Assembly: GCA_963827685.1 (NCBI GenBank) | Contig: CAWHBU010000003.1 | Coordinates: 352,001-416,000 of the forward strand | Direction of reading: 5' to 3' | DNA length: 64,000 nucleotides | Origin: an uncultured delta proteobacterium | GTDB lineage: Bacteria > Desulfobacterota > BSN033 > UBA1163 | Shown here: positions 43,345 to 54,142 of the stretch, piece by piece | Numbering within the stretch: the first letter of the stretch is position 1 | How the letters are laid out: every line of letters begins with the position of its first letter | The notes under the pieces: model-generated | The model's input: only the letters and a program-made list of their open reading frames with translations | Database searches by the model: none | Told to the model about the DNA's origin: nothing | Made by a program: the position numbers and the translations under genes

Positions 43345-44032
43345 TGTGAATACCTATTACAGCAAGGCGCATGTCTTACAAGATGTTTCCTTGCAGGTCG
43401 ATCAAGGTGAAATTATAACCTTGTTGGGGGGCAATGGGGCCGGTAAGTCTACAACTCTTTTGACGATTTCAGGGGTCATTCCCCCCCGGAGCGGCAAGAT
43501 CTCCTTCCAGGGGACACTGATCAATCGTGAGAAGCCAGCGAAAATCGTAAAGCTGGGGATCGCTCAATGCCCGGAAGGAAAAGACCTGTTTCCGGCGATG
43601 AACGTTGAAGACAATCTAAAACTGGGGGCGTTTCTGCGGAAAGACTTTGATGGGATTGCCAAAGACCTCGAGAACATTTATCAGCGTTTTCCAATCCTGC
43701 CGAAGCGGCTTCGCCAGGCTGCCGGGTCCCTCTCCGGCGGAGAGCAGCAGATGCTGACGATCGGCAGGGCCCTGATGAGCCGCCCAAAGCTCCTGATGCT
43801 CGATGAACCTTCGACTGGGTTGTCTCCTCTGCTTACGGAAGAGATATTTTCGATCATTCAGGATATTAACCGAGAAGTAACTTCGATTCTTTTGGTGGAG
43901 CAGAATGTGGGGATGGCGTTGAGCGTGGCCCATCGGGGCTATGTTTTAGAGACGGGCAAGGTTGTGTTTGAGGGAACGCAACAGGAGCTCTTGAACAATG
44001 ACCGGGTGAGACAGGCTTATCTGGGGGAATGA
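43325..44032 (+). CDS. livF: ABC ATP-binding protein (LivF-type)
   Basis: GGNGAGKST, LSGGEQQML, LDEPSTGL, VEQN. Confidence 0.9.
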   Translation: MLLELVDVNTYYSKAHVLQDVSLQVDQGEIITLLGGNGAGKSTTLLTISGVIPPRSGKISFQGTLINREKPAKIVKLGIAQCPEGKDLFPAMNVEDNLKLGAFLRKDFDGIAKDLENIYQRFPILPKRLRQAAGSLSGGEQQMLTIGRALMSRPKLLMLDEPSTGLSPLLTEEIFSIIQDINREVTSILLVEQNVGMALSVAHRGYVLETGKVVFEGTQQELLNNDRVRQAYLGE

Positions 44033-44202
44033 GGGATCCATTTTGGGGGTGCCGGAAGGCGATGAATCTAGGACGGATCGGAGGGCCTGAATCGATTAAT
44101 GATATTGGATAGGAAAGGAGGTGGCGATCGGCGGGCATTTGATTGGCGGTCAAAGTTCATTTATAAAAATTCACGAAAAATATTCGAGAAAGGAGATAAC
44201 AA

Positions 44203-45396
44203 ATGAAAGTGAGAAGAAGGACCTATTCGACAAGCCGGATGAGTTGGCTATGGGGAGTGTTTTTCTGTTGTGCTTTGATCATTTCTGCCCCCGTTTCCTA
44301 CGCGGCCGATGTCGTCAAAATCGGAGCCGTTTATCCATTAAGCGGTGGGGTTGCCGATGCGGCCAGCTGGGTTATCGATGGGATGAAAATGGCCCAGGAG
44401 GAGATCAATGCAAAAGGGGGACTCTTCATGGAGGGGAAGAAGTACAATTTTGAATACGTGATTTACGACAGCAAATGCAACCCCACCGACGGGGTGGCTG
44501 CGGTAGAGAAATTAATCACCCGCGACAAAGTCCTGATGATCAACGGAGACTACTGCAGTTCCTGCACCTTGGCTCAAAGAGAAGTTACGGAGAGAAACAA
44601 AGTCGTGCAGCTAACGCCCATCTCGGTCCATCCCGACATCACGGGACCGGGGCATCCCTATATGTTTAGAACTGCCTGGTCGATTGCCGACTTCGCGAAA
44701 CCTTTTGTGGAATTCGTCCTTAAAAAATTGCCCCAGGTGAAAACGGTTGCCTTTCTGGCGATCACGGATGACTATGGACGCAGTGCGGTAAAGAATTATT
44801 CGGAGTTATTCAACAAAAACGGAATCAAGATCGCGACGGTGGAGTATTTTAAACACGGAGATACGGACTTCTATACCCAGATTACGAAGATTTCTTCTAT
44901 GAAGCCAGATGCGGTCTATATCGTCACCGATGAAGATGCTCAAAACATCGGTACCCTGAAGCAATTGAAAGAGCTGGGCTATAAAGGAAATATTTTCGGT
45001 TGCAGCACCTATGCAACGGATCGTATGGTCCAGATCGGCGGCAAGGAACTTTTGGAGGGGATTTATATTGAAGGTCACCCCTTCGAATTGTACGGGGATC
45101 AGCCGCGGGCGAAGGAATGGGCCGAAAATTACAAAAAGCGATTCAATAAGGAAGCAAATGCCTTTGCCTTAGCTGGATATGATTCGACCTATCTGATTGC
45201 GGATGTCTTGAAGATTGCAGATACCGCTACCGACAAGGAAAAGATCCGTTTGGCCATGTTCAAAACGAATATGAACGATCGGATTGGGTTCAATGGGCAA
45301 CCCCATTTCGACGCAAACGGACAGGTCCATGTGTATCTGGGGGTCCTTCAGTACAAAGACGGAAAACGGAGGGTCGCTTACCTGCAAGGGAAGTAA
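44203..45396 (+). CDS. ABC substrate-binding protein (LivK/LivJ family)
   Basis: Signal peptide, 'VKIGAVYPLSG', 'EEINAKGG', 'DDYG', 'DFYTQITKI'. Confidence 0.88.
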   Translation: MKVRRRTYSTSRMSWLWGVFFCCALIISAPVSYAADVVKIGAVYPLSGGVADAASWVIDGMKMAQEEINAKGGLFMEGKKYNFEYVIYDSKCNPTDGVAAVEKLITRDKVLMINGDYCSSCTLAQREVTERNKVVQLTPISVHPDITGPGHPYMFRTAWSIADFAKPFVEFVLKKLPQVKTVAFLAITDDYGRSAVKNYSELFNKNGIKIATVEYFKHGDTDFYTQITKISSMKPDAVYIVTDEDAQNIGTLKQLKELGYKGNIFGCSTYATDRMVQIGGKELLEGIYIEGHPFELYGDQPRAKEWAENYKKRFNKEANAFALAGYDSTYLIADVLKIADTATDKEKIRLAMFKTNMNDRIGFNGQPHFDANGQVHVYLGVLQYKDGKRRVAYLQGK

Positions 45397-45550
45397 GGAT
45401 CGTATTGAAGGGTTGATTGAAATCTCCACGGAGGATCTCGCCTGCGAGCCGGAGGAGTAGAAGGGGTTACCCGATCAGTGATCCTTCCCCCTTTACTCCT
45501 AAAGCTCGCTCCGAAGGGCTGATACCCTTGTTGCCTCGTTGGGTTCGTGG

Positions 45551-45803
45551 CAGACTATCTGCTGCTTTTGGAGAAAAGGCGGAAGGGCTCTCTGAGCTGG
45601 ATGGAGCAGAAATGGCGGTAAAATTTGTGGAACGCCTCTCTGATGACCTTCGAGTTCCGAGAAGGCTCAGAGATGTTGGAATTCTCGAAAATGCAATCCC
45701 CCGGCTGGCTGAGGCAGCTATGAAGGTGACCAGACTCCTGGCCAACAACCCAAGAAAAATAGCCCCTGAAGATGCGATCGCCATTTACAAATCCGCTTAT
45801 TAA
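45551..45803 (+). pseudogene. 3' fragment of an iron-containing alcohol dehydrogenase
   Basis: 'LRVPRRLRDVGI...IPRLAEAAM...RLLANNPRK...IAIYKSAY' is a Fe-ADH C-terminus; the N-terminal part is missing. Confidence 0.75.
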
Positions 45804-45829
45804 TCATTCACCGCAGAAAGGCAAATCAA

Positions 45830-47583
45830 ATGAAAGGCTTCTTCAATAAAATTCTAAGGATCAATCTCAAAGCAAAAACCTCCAAGGAAGAAACCATCTC
45901 TGATTCCATTTATGAAACCTATTTGGGTGGGAAAGGACTCGGAACTTATCTCCTCATGAAAGAAAATCCTCCTAGCGTTGATCCTCTTTCTCCGGAAAAC
46001 AAACTCATCTTCTGTACCGGCCCGATCACCGATACAAGAATCTATGGTTCCTGCCGACATGGCGTCTTCACCAAATCTCCCTTAACCGGAATCTTTTCTG
46101 AATCTTACTCCGGAGGAAAAGTGGCAGAACCGATGAGCCGGACGGGTTACGATGCATTTATTTTTGACGAAGCATCGAGTGAACCCATTTGGATTGAGAT
46201 CTCTGGACAAAAAGTTGCCTTCCACGATGCCAAACACCTCTGGGGAAAGGATACCTATTTCACAGAGGACGAAGTCTTGAAGAGAACCGACAAAAAAGGT
46301 GCGGGTGCTCTGGTGATTGGGCCTGCTGGAGAAAATCTGGTCCGATATGCTGTCATTGAAAATGATTACTGGCGATCCCTTGGAAGGACTGGAGTCGGTG
46401 CAGTGATGGGCTCCAAAAGGATGAAGGCTATTGTCTTTCACGGCGAAAAGAAAAAGGAGATTGCCTATCCTGATCGGCTCGAGCAGTTTGCAAAAGAAAC
46501 TTTAGAACGAGGCAAAGATAATCCTGGAGCCAAAATTATCGAAGGCTGGGCACCCCCCAATTGGTTGCTATAACTAATTCAGTTAGCGCGTTTCCATCAA
46601 AATATTGGCATCTCGGAACTTTTGAGGGATGGGAGAAGATCAGCGGAGAAGCTCTTCTCGAGCGCTGTCAGGTCAAACCCACCGCTTGTCTCCGTTGCTT
46701 TATGGCTTGTGGAGATTTAAGCGAGGTTAAGATGGGGAGGCATAAGGGTCTAAAAATTGAAGGACCTGAATATGAAACAATCTATGCCTTTGGTGGTCTC
46801 TGCATGATTCATGAAATTGAGGAGATCGCCTATCTCAATGATATCTGTGATCGTCTCGGCATGGATACCATCTCTGCTGGAAGCCTCTGCGCCTTTGCCA
46901 TCGAAGCTTCAGAGATGGGACGAATTAAAGAAAAGATTAATTGGGGGGAAGTGGACAAGATTGCAGAACTTCTCCATGATATCGCATCGAAGAAGGGGAT
47001 TGGAGCAATTTTATCAGAGGGGATTCGACATGCCGCCAACGTCTGGAATATGGAAGATGTGGCAATCCATGTGAAGGGACTCGATCCCGCAGGATATGAC
47101 CCAAGGGTCCTTAAAGGAATGGGCCTCGCCAATGCCACTTCTGATCGTGGAGCCTGTCACCTGAGATCAACGTTCTACAAAGCAGAACTTGCCGGGATGA
47201 TCCCGATGGACAAGATGGAGGGAAAGGCTAAGCTCTTCCTCGAATTCGAAGATCGGTTTAACATCCACGATTCACTGATCTTATGCCGATTCTATCGAGA
47301 TATCTATTGGGAGTGGAATTACCTATCGACCATCGTTGAGATGACCACAGGCCTCAAGTTAGATGAGAATAGTCTAAGAAAAATTTCGTCCACCATTCAG
47401 AATGAAACCCGGAAGTTCAATCTCCGCGAAGGCCTCACCCCGAAGGATGATACACTTCCAAAGAGATTTTTTGATGAACCTTTAGGCAAAGATGGAAAAA
47501 CGATCCGAAGAGAAGACCTCCAGGGAATGCTCCGGGATTACTATGCCCTGAGGGGTTGGAGCTCTGAGGGCATTCCTTTATAG
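45830..47583 (+). pseudogene. Aldehyde:ferredoxin oxidoreductase (W/Mo), frameshifted at about 46532-46535
   Basis: YLGGKGLG, KSPLTG, IGPAGEN, GAVMGSK in the first frame; CLRCFMAC, GPEYET, GMDTIS, DRGACHL in the second; one extra A restores AKNYRRLGTPQLV. Confidence 0.82.
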
Positions 47584-47616
47584 ATTTCAGATTGTAGATT
47601 TCAAATCAGAGATTGG
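47581..47616. repeat. 7-nt periodic arm (YAGATTK)
   Basis: tagattt cagattg tagattt, starting at the AOR stop codon. Confidence 0.5.
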
Positions 47617-47751
47617 AAAGCCAGGAACTTAATCCGTCAATATTAGAAGCCCTATTCACCTTGGATCTTTCCTTGACCGCCTCTCTTGGTCTCAACAGGA
47701 TAACTATAGTTAGGAAGTCACTAACCCCATGAAACTTTCAGCACCTAACAA

Positions 47752-47860
47752 GTGGCTTACCCTTTGGATGTTTTGAAAGAAGAAAAGAGTATTGCGATTT
47801 TTCTTGGAGCAACCGATACAGAAAAGAGCACTCTCCCAAAATTCTTAATCTCAAACTTGC
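47752..47860 (+). pseudogene. Relic of a P-loop NTPase N-terminus (Clp1/Nol9-like)
   Basis: 'IAIFLGATDTEKSTLPKFL' is one substitution away from GxxDxGKST; similarity is lost right after. Confidence 0.4.
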
Positions 47861-48466
47861 CTATGCCGGATTTGTTTAGTGGATTGCGGCTTGTACCCAA
47901 GATAATCAATGAGGTTAGCGATAATTATCGCCTCCACCCGGGTCATTTTCTTGGAGTCCTGATTTTCCAAAATCCGCAGCAAATCTTCACATCTGACGTG
48001 GCCAATGTCCTTGGCCAGCCTCCTGCTTACATTCTCGTAATCGATGAACGGCCGAGCTTGGGTGAGTCCTGCAAATATTCTCTCGGGATCCCGGTATTGA
48101 TATAGAATCTCTGCTTCCCTTCCATATCACTCAGAAGAGCGAAAAGAATTTCACAAGGGGTTTCAGGGTCAGGCCAGTAGTTGATGTCTAACCTCATAAC
48201 TAAGTAAAGAACCCCGCCCACAGGGTGGGGCTTTAAAACCTAAATTCCAATATACAAAACCGAGATCCCGAAACAAGCCGGATGACGTCCAGACGGTGCA
48301 TTTCGTACTTGGTGGCGGGAACGTCCAGACGAGGCGGCCCTGAATGGTCCAGCATTAGAGACAGCTTGATCCACACTCGCCCTTTTGATTATAAAGATTT
48401 CTACCTGACCTTCCCCCGAGTTGATGGACACACCTGAGAATTTGTATCATTGGACAGGAGGTGCGT

Positions 48467-48763
48467 ATGGGGGAAAAGAATCGTCATTTCAGCCGTGAGT
48501 TCAAACGAGATGCAGTGCAGTTGGTCACAGAGAAAGGGATGCCGGTAGGCAAGGTGGCCCGAGAGCTTGATATCCATCCCAATCTTCTTCATCTATGGAG
48601 GAGGAGGTTCTTAGCTAAAGGGGATAAAGCCTTCGTAGGGAAGGGCCGTGTAACGCCAGAGGAAGCGGAAATAAAGGGGCTCCGGAAGGAATTAGAAAAG
48701 GTGAAGGAAGAGAGGGACATTTTAAAAAAAGCCTTGGCCGTATTCTCCAAACGAAACAGATGA
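48467..48763 (+). CDS. IS3 OrfA (HTH plus leucine zipper)
   Basis: 'FSREFKRDAV...VARELDI...ERDILKKA'; A7G slippery site at 48724-48731. Confidence 0.92.
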   Translation: MGEKNRHFSREFKRDAVQLVTEKGMPVGKVARELDIHPNLLHLWRRRFLAKGDKAFVGKGRVTPEEAEIKGLRKELEKVKEERDILKKALAVFSKRNR

Positions 48764-49617
48764 AGTATCGGTTGATAGAAGAGCACAGAGAGACCTACAA
48801 GATAAGGAGTATGAGTGAAGTGTTGAAGGTATCCAGAAGTGGTTATTATGCGTGGAAGACGCGTCAACCGAGCACACGTCAGAAAGACGATGAGGAGTTG
48901 CTGGGGCACATACGGGAGATCCACACTCAAAGCAGAAGGCTCTATGGGAGTCCGCGGATCGCAGCGGAGCTCAATAAGCAGGGTCTTAGATGTGGGAAGA
49001 ACCGGGTAGCCAGGATCATGAAAGAGCACTCCATATGGGCAGAAGTGAAGAAAAAGAGATTCAGGCGGACTACCGATTCACGGCATCATTATGCCTTGGC
49101 TGCAAACTTACTGATTGACCAGAGGCAGACAGAGGGGGTATGGGCATCTGATATTACGTTTGTGCCCACTTCTGAGGGATGGCTCTATGTGGCAGCAGTG
49201 ATGAATGTGAAAAGCAGAAAGATCATTGGGCTGTCCATGAGCGATAAGCTCTCTCAGGAGCTAGCTTCTGCTGCGCTCAGGGACGCGGTGGGCAGGCAAA
49301 GCCCCTCTGAAGGGTTGATCCACCATTCTGATCGAGGCAGGCAGTATGCAAGCTATGCCTATCAGGAGCTTTTAAGAGAATACGGCATGACTCCTAGTAT
49401 GAGCAGAAGTGGCAATTGTTATGATAATGCCTATGTGGAGTCTTTCTTTGGCACGCTCAAGACGGAGTTGGTCCATGGTGAGCGGTACCGTTCAAGGCTG
49501 GAGGCGAGGCTTAGTATTTTTGAGTACGTGGAAGTGTTTTATAATCGTCAGAGGAGTCATTCGGCATTAGGGTACAGGAGCCCAGAGCAGTATGAAAAGC
49601 TCCTTAATGAAACTTAA
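48760..49617 (+). CDS. IS3 OrfB (DDE transposase catalytic part)
   Basis: YGSPRI, WASDIT, HHSDRGRQY, GNCYDNAYVESFF; ATGA overlap with orfA. Confidence 0.93.
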   Translation: MKYRLIEEHRETYKIRSMSEVLKVSRSGYYAWKTRQPSTRQKDDEELLGHIREIHTQSRRLYGSPRIAAELNKQGLRCGKNRVARIMKEHSIWAEVKKKRFRRTTDSRHHYALAANLLIDQRQTEGVWASDITFVPTSEGWLYVAAVMNVKSRKIIGLSMSDKLSQELASAALRDAVGRQSPSEGLIHHSDRGRQYASYAYQELLREYGMTPSMSRSGNCYDNAYVESFFGTLKTELVHGERYRSRLEARLSIFEYVEVFYNRQRSHSALGYRSPEQYEKLLNET

Positions 49618-49823
49618 TCATGTGTCCACTTTTTCAGGGGAAGGTCAACCGGTAATCCTCAAATGCTCCCAACAAATAACTCTAAGGACTTGCAGGTGAA
49701 GCGGTTGTTCTGCAAGTCTCTGTCAATTGAAGTCTTCACTTTTATGAAGTAAATCCCTCCCAATTTGCGTCATTTCCCTGCCGGAGGCAGGCAAAAGGGG
49801 GATAGAGGGGGAAAAAGCAGTAA

Positions 49824-51887
49824 TTAGGTAAGCTTTGAGAAGTCGGCGATTCTGAGGAAGAGTTTCCCGATCTCATCGAGGAGGGCGAGGCGATTATTTC
49901 GGATGGCTTCATCCTCAACCATTACCATGACCCCATCAAAGAATTCATCGATCGGTTTCTTCATCTGGGTCATTTCGAGGAGTGCAGAGGGATAGTCTCT
50001 TTGGTTGAGGTGAAGACCGATTTTCTCTTTCGCCTTGAGAAACGATTGATAGAGGTTCTGTTCAGCAGATTCAGCAAAGAGGGACGGATTGATCTCTCTT
50101 TTTGGGGGAGACCCTTTCAGGATATTCATCGCCCGCTTAAAAGCAGTCACAAGCGACTCAAAATCCTTCCACTCCTTGGCCTTCCTCAAAGCATCAATTC
50201 TGCCCTGAACATCAAGCAACTCGTCAAATAAAATACAGAGCACGGCGTCGGTCACGTCAAAAGGGTACTCCTTATCCAATAAGAAGTTTTGATAACGGAC
50301 TCGAAAGAAATCCAGAATTTCTTCTTTTACCTGTTCAGCCGGACGCTCCATCTTCTCTTTCAACTGCTTTTCGCTCTCTTCAACCAATCCCCTCAAGGAA
50401 ATGGAATATTTTTTTTCAAGGATGATCCGGATAATGCCCAGGGCTTGTCGCCTTAACCCAAAAGGATCGGCTGTTCCTGTGGGCACAAGACCCACTCCAA
50501 AGCAACCCACGATGGTATCCATTTTGTCGGCAATGCTGACGATATCTCCGACGGAACTGGAAGGCAGGCGGTCTCCTGCAAAACCGGGCAGGTAGTGCTC
50601 ATAAATTGCTTCAGCAACCTCAGGCCTTTCCTTAGATATTCGGGCATACTCCCTTCCAACGATCCCCTGTAGTTTTGGAAACTCGCCTACCATTCCGGTC
50701 ACTAAATCGGCTTTGCATAACAAAGAGGTTCTTCCAACCGCTTCTCGCAGCTTGGGATCGATTCGTTCTGCCATCCATAAAGCCAATTGTCTAAAACGCA
50801 TCACCTTTTCATAAGAGGTCCCCAGCTTTGCCTGAAAAACCACCTTCTTCAGGTGTTCTACTCTTTTCTCCAGAGAAATTTTCAGATCATCTTCGAAGAA
50901 GAAAACCGCATCAGAAAGCCTTGCCTTGAGGACTTTCTCATTTCCCTTCACCACCACTTCCCGGTTCTTCGGGTAAATATTGCTGATGCAGATAAAGTGA
51001 GGAAGCAATTTCCCATGGTCATCCACCACAGGGAAATATCTCTGATGCTCCTTCATCGAATGGATGAGAATCTCCCGAGGGAGGGAAAGAAATGTGCTGT
51101 CAAAGGTTCCACACAAGGCGACAGGATATTCCACCAGAAAATTGACCTCATTGAGGAGATCTTCATCTTTCAGGACCCTTCCCGAAACCTTGGCCCCTTC
51201 TCGAATCATCTCATCCTCTATCGTTTTCTTCCGCTCCTCAGGGTCAACAATCACAGAAGCTTTTCTCGTCTTTTGTAGATAGGATTGAAAATCCTTGACG
51301 GGAACAGGGCCGGGATGCATGAAGCGATGGCCGTAGGTCATCTTCCCACTCCGGATATTACCCACTTCGAAAGAAACCACTTCTCCTCCGAAAAGAGCCA
51401 ATATCCAGTGAATAGGCCTGGCAAAACGAATCGGGACATCTGCCCATTTCATCGACTTCTGAAATGGAATGGAAAGGATCCATTTGGGAAGGAGCGAGGC
51501 AAGAAGCTCAGAGGTTGGCCTCCCCGACTCCTTTTTCACAGCGCAGACATACTTCCCTTTCTCTGTTTGAATCATGGTCAAGGATTCAACAGGAACGGAT
51601 TGACTCTTCGCAAAACCAATGGCTGCTTTGGTGGGATTGCCTTTCGCATCAAAGGCGGCTTGTTTCGAAGGACCTATTTTTTTCGTCTCCTCGTCTTTCT
51701 GCTTTTCCGAGACGGATTGAATCACCAGGACAAGACGTCTCGGAGTTCCAAGAGTTTTTACGCCATTGAAGTCGATCCGGCTCGCCTCCAGTTCTTTTTG
51801 GGCGATGTTCTCCAAATCGATCAACGCCAGGGGAACAAACCCAGCCGGAATCTCCTCCGTCCCAATCTCCATTAATAGTTCTTTCAT
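49824..51887 (-). CDS. glyS: Glycine--tRNA ligase beta subunit
   Basis: EIGTEEIP, TPRRL, FARPIHW, KADLVTGMVGEFPKLQG, DPFGLRR, NRLALL. Confidence 0.97.
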   Translation of the reverse strand: MKELLMEIGTEEIPAGFVPLALIDLENIAQKELEASRIDFNGVKTLGTPRRLVLVIQSVSEKQKDEETKKIGPSKQAAFDAKGNPTKAAIGFAKSQSVPVESLTMIQTEKGKYVCAVKKESGRPTSELLASLLPKWILSIPFQKSMKWADVPIRFARPIHWILALFGGEVVSFEVGNIRSGKMTYGHRFMHPGPVPVKDFQSYLQKTRKASVIVDPEERKKTIEDEMIREGAKVSGRVLKDEDLLNEVNFLVEYPVALCGTFDSTFLSLPREILIHSMKEHQRYFPVVDDHGKLLPHFICISNIYPKNREVVVKGNEKVLKARLSDAVFFFEDDLKISLEKRVEHLKKVVFQAKLGTSYEKVMRFRQLALWMAERIDPKLREAVGRTSLLCKADLVTGMVGEFPKLQGIVGREYARISKERPEVAEAIYEHYLPGFAGDRLPSSSVGDIVSIADKMDTIVGCFGVGLVPTGTADPFGLRRQALGIIRIILEKKYSISLRGLVEESEKQLKEKMERPAEQVKEEILDFFRVRYQNFLLDKEYPFDVTDAVLCILFDELLDVQGRIDALRKAKEWKDFESLVTAFKRAMNILKGSPPKREINPSLFAESAEQNLYQSFLKAKEKIGLHLNQRDYPSALLEMTQMKKPIDEFFDGVMVMVEDEAIRNNRLALLDEIGKLFLRIADFSKLT

Positions 51888-51907
51888 GCTGGCCCTTTGT
51901 CAGATTT

Positions 51908-51965
51908 GTAGCGCCCTCATTTATTGAGGGCGAAGATTTTCGTCGGCATTAAATGCCGACGCTAC
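51908..51965. repeat. GTAG-type REP doublet (REPIN-like)
   Basis: GTAGCGCCCTCATTTATTGAGGGCG plus inverted GTAGCGTCGGCATTTAATGCCGACG, 25 bp each. Confidence 0.8.
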
Positions 51966-51969
51966 ACCT

Positions 51970-52842
<873 letters not shown>

Positions 52843-52947
52843 TATCTCTCCATATCCTTACAAAATCGAGGGGGTTCCTTATAATGAAGAAAGGTTTAGC
52901 AAATTTAACTCTTGGATGTCAACCCGTTCTCTAATTCAATGACAAAT

Positions 52948-53082
52948 GTGAAGCTCCCCGGCCACAGGCCGGGGCTTCCCGGGCACGTAGTGGCGAGCGG
53001 AAAGCTCGCAAAGGAAGTATCGTTTTGATTGTGCCCCTTAACCCCGCCTACAAGGCGGGGCTTGCGGGGCACTTGCCGGCCG
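52948..53082. repeat. Non-coding multi-hairpin element with IS200/IS605-like end palindromes
   Basis: AAGCTCCCCGGCC-ACA-GGCCGGGGCTT and AACCCCGCCT-ACA-AGGCGGGGCTT; related hairpin at 48209-48234. Confidence 0.6.
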
Positions 53083-53125
53083 AAGCTCAATCCCGCCAAG
53101 GCGGGATCAAATCAAATCCAAATGT

Positions 53126-53186
53126 GTAGCGTCGGCATTTACTGCCGACGCCCTTCCCTATCGTCCCCAGTAAATGAGGCCGCTAC
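53126..53186. repeat. GTAG-type REP doublet (REPIN-like)
   Basis: GTAGCGTCGGCATTTACTGCCGACG plus inverted GTAGCGGCCTCATTTACTGGGGACG. Confidence 0.8.
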
Positions 53187-53188
53187 CA

Positions 53189-53980
53189 CTACCCTATTCC
53201 CTTCCCTGATGGAAAGTCGTGAGAAATTTCTCTCAATGCCTTGAGTGATTTCAATTCTTTCCCCAATTGATAGCTAATGAATTTAGGGAGAAGCTCTCGA
53301 CTCTCGAACAAGGCCTGAAGGGTGAATCTCAATCTTTCAACCTTGGATAATTCCGTCTGGGAGATTTTTTCGATCAATCTGGCCGTCCCTAAGGAGAGTG
53401 GGATGAGATGATTCCACGTCTTCGAGCACTTTTCACATATCAGAGCACCTCTCTCAAGCGAGAAAAAGATGACAGGAACCTCTTGTAAATCCTCCCAATC
53501 TTTCTTACACAGATTACATCTCCTCATATTGGGCCGGTAGCCAAAAAGGGAGAGCATCCGGATTTCAAATATTCTCAATTGTTCCTCTTGGAGGTCCATG
53601 TCTTCAAGGTTCGATAAGAAGGAGAGAAGGAGCTCAAAGGCCTCTCGATTCGCTTCCCGTTCTCCGGCCATCTCGTTCACCAATTCCAAATAATAGTTCC
53701 CGTAAAGAATTTTCTTGAGGTCCTCCTTGATCTTCGGAAAAGAATGGAGGATATCACAGCTCTCAGCCCTCACCAACCCCAGCCCCTCCTTATCGAAGAA
53801 GATGAGCCGAAGGTGAGAAAAGAGGCCAAGGGCGTTTTGAAATCGCTTCCTGCTCCTCCTTGCCCCCTTTGCTATCCCTTTCAGCTTTCCAAATTCCTTG
53901 GTGAAGAAAGTAATGATTTTATCGGACTCACCGTAGTTGAGGGAGCGAATCACAATGGCATGGGTCGTGAAGAGAGGCAT
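53189..53980 (-). CDS. recO: DNA repair protein RecO
   Basis: 'YGESDKIITFFT..FGKLKGIAKGARRS', CxxC...CxxC zinc finger, 'ELKSL'; recO-glyQ-glyS synteny. Confidence 0.95.
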   Translation of the reverse strand: MPLFTTHAIVIRSLNYGESDKIITFFTKEFGKLKGIAKGARRSRKRFQNALGLFSHLRLIFFDKEGLGLVRAESCDILHSFPKIKEDLKKILYGNYYLELVNEMAGEREANREAFELLLSFLSNLEDMDLQEEQLRIFEIRMLSLFGYRPNMRRCNLCKKDWEDLQEVPVIFFSLERGALICEKCSKTWNHLIPLSLGTARLIEKISQTELSKVERLRFTLQALFESRELLPKFISYQLGKELKSLKALREISHDFPSGKGIG

Positions 53981-53994
53981 AAAAGAACCAGGTC

Positions 53995-54113
53995 AAATCC
54001 GAATATCGACGCTTTGATTTAGGAATCGAGGGATTTAGGAATTCGGGAATTTAATTCCAAAATTCATAAATTCGCAATCCCTTAATTAACTTTGGATTTC
54101 GTGCTTCGAGTTT
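53995..54113. repeat. 8-nt periodic mirror element nested in a 7-nt periodic relic
   Basis: GGAATCGA GGGATTTA GGAATTCG GGAATTTA / AATTCCAA AATTCATA AATTCGC AATCCCTT; outer arms aaatccgaatatcga ... ttggatttcgtgcttcgagttt. Confidence 0.65.
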
Positions 54114-54142
54114 AAAAAACCCCCAACTGTCATCTGACTAAA

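Larger units (their letters stand above)
48406..49647 (+). mobile_element. IS3-family insertion sequence, 1242 bp, with 3-bp TSD (ACC)
   Basis: IRs TGACCTTCCCCCGAGTTGATGGACACA / TGACCTTCCCCTGAAAAAGTGGACACA; ACC at 48403-48405 and 49648-49650. Confidence 0.95.

Noticed and set aside
52843-53120. T-box riboswitch upstream of glyQ
   Set aside because: No T-box consensus (AGGGTGGNACCGCG) on the minus strand; the structure is better explained by repeat elements.
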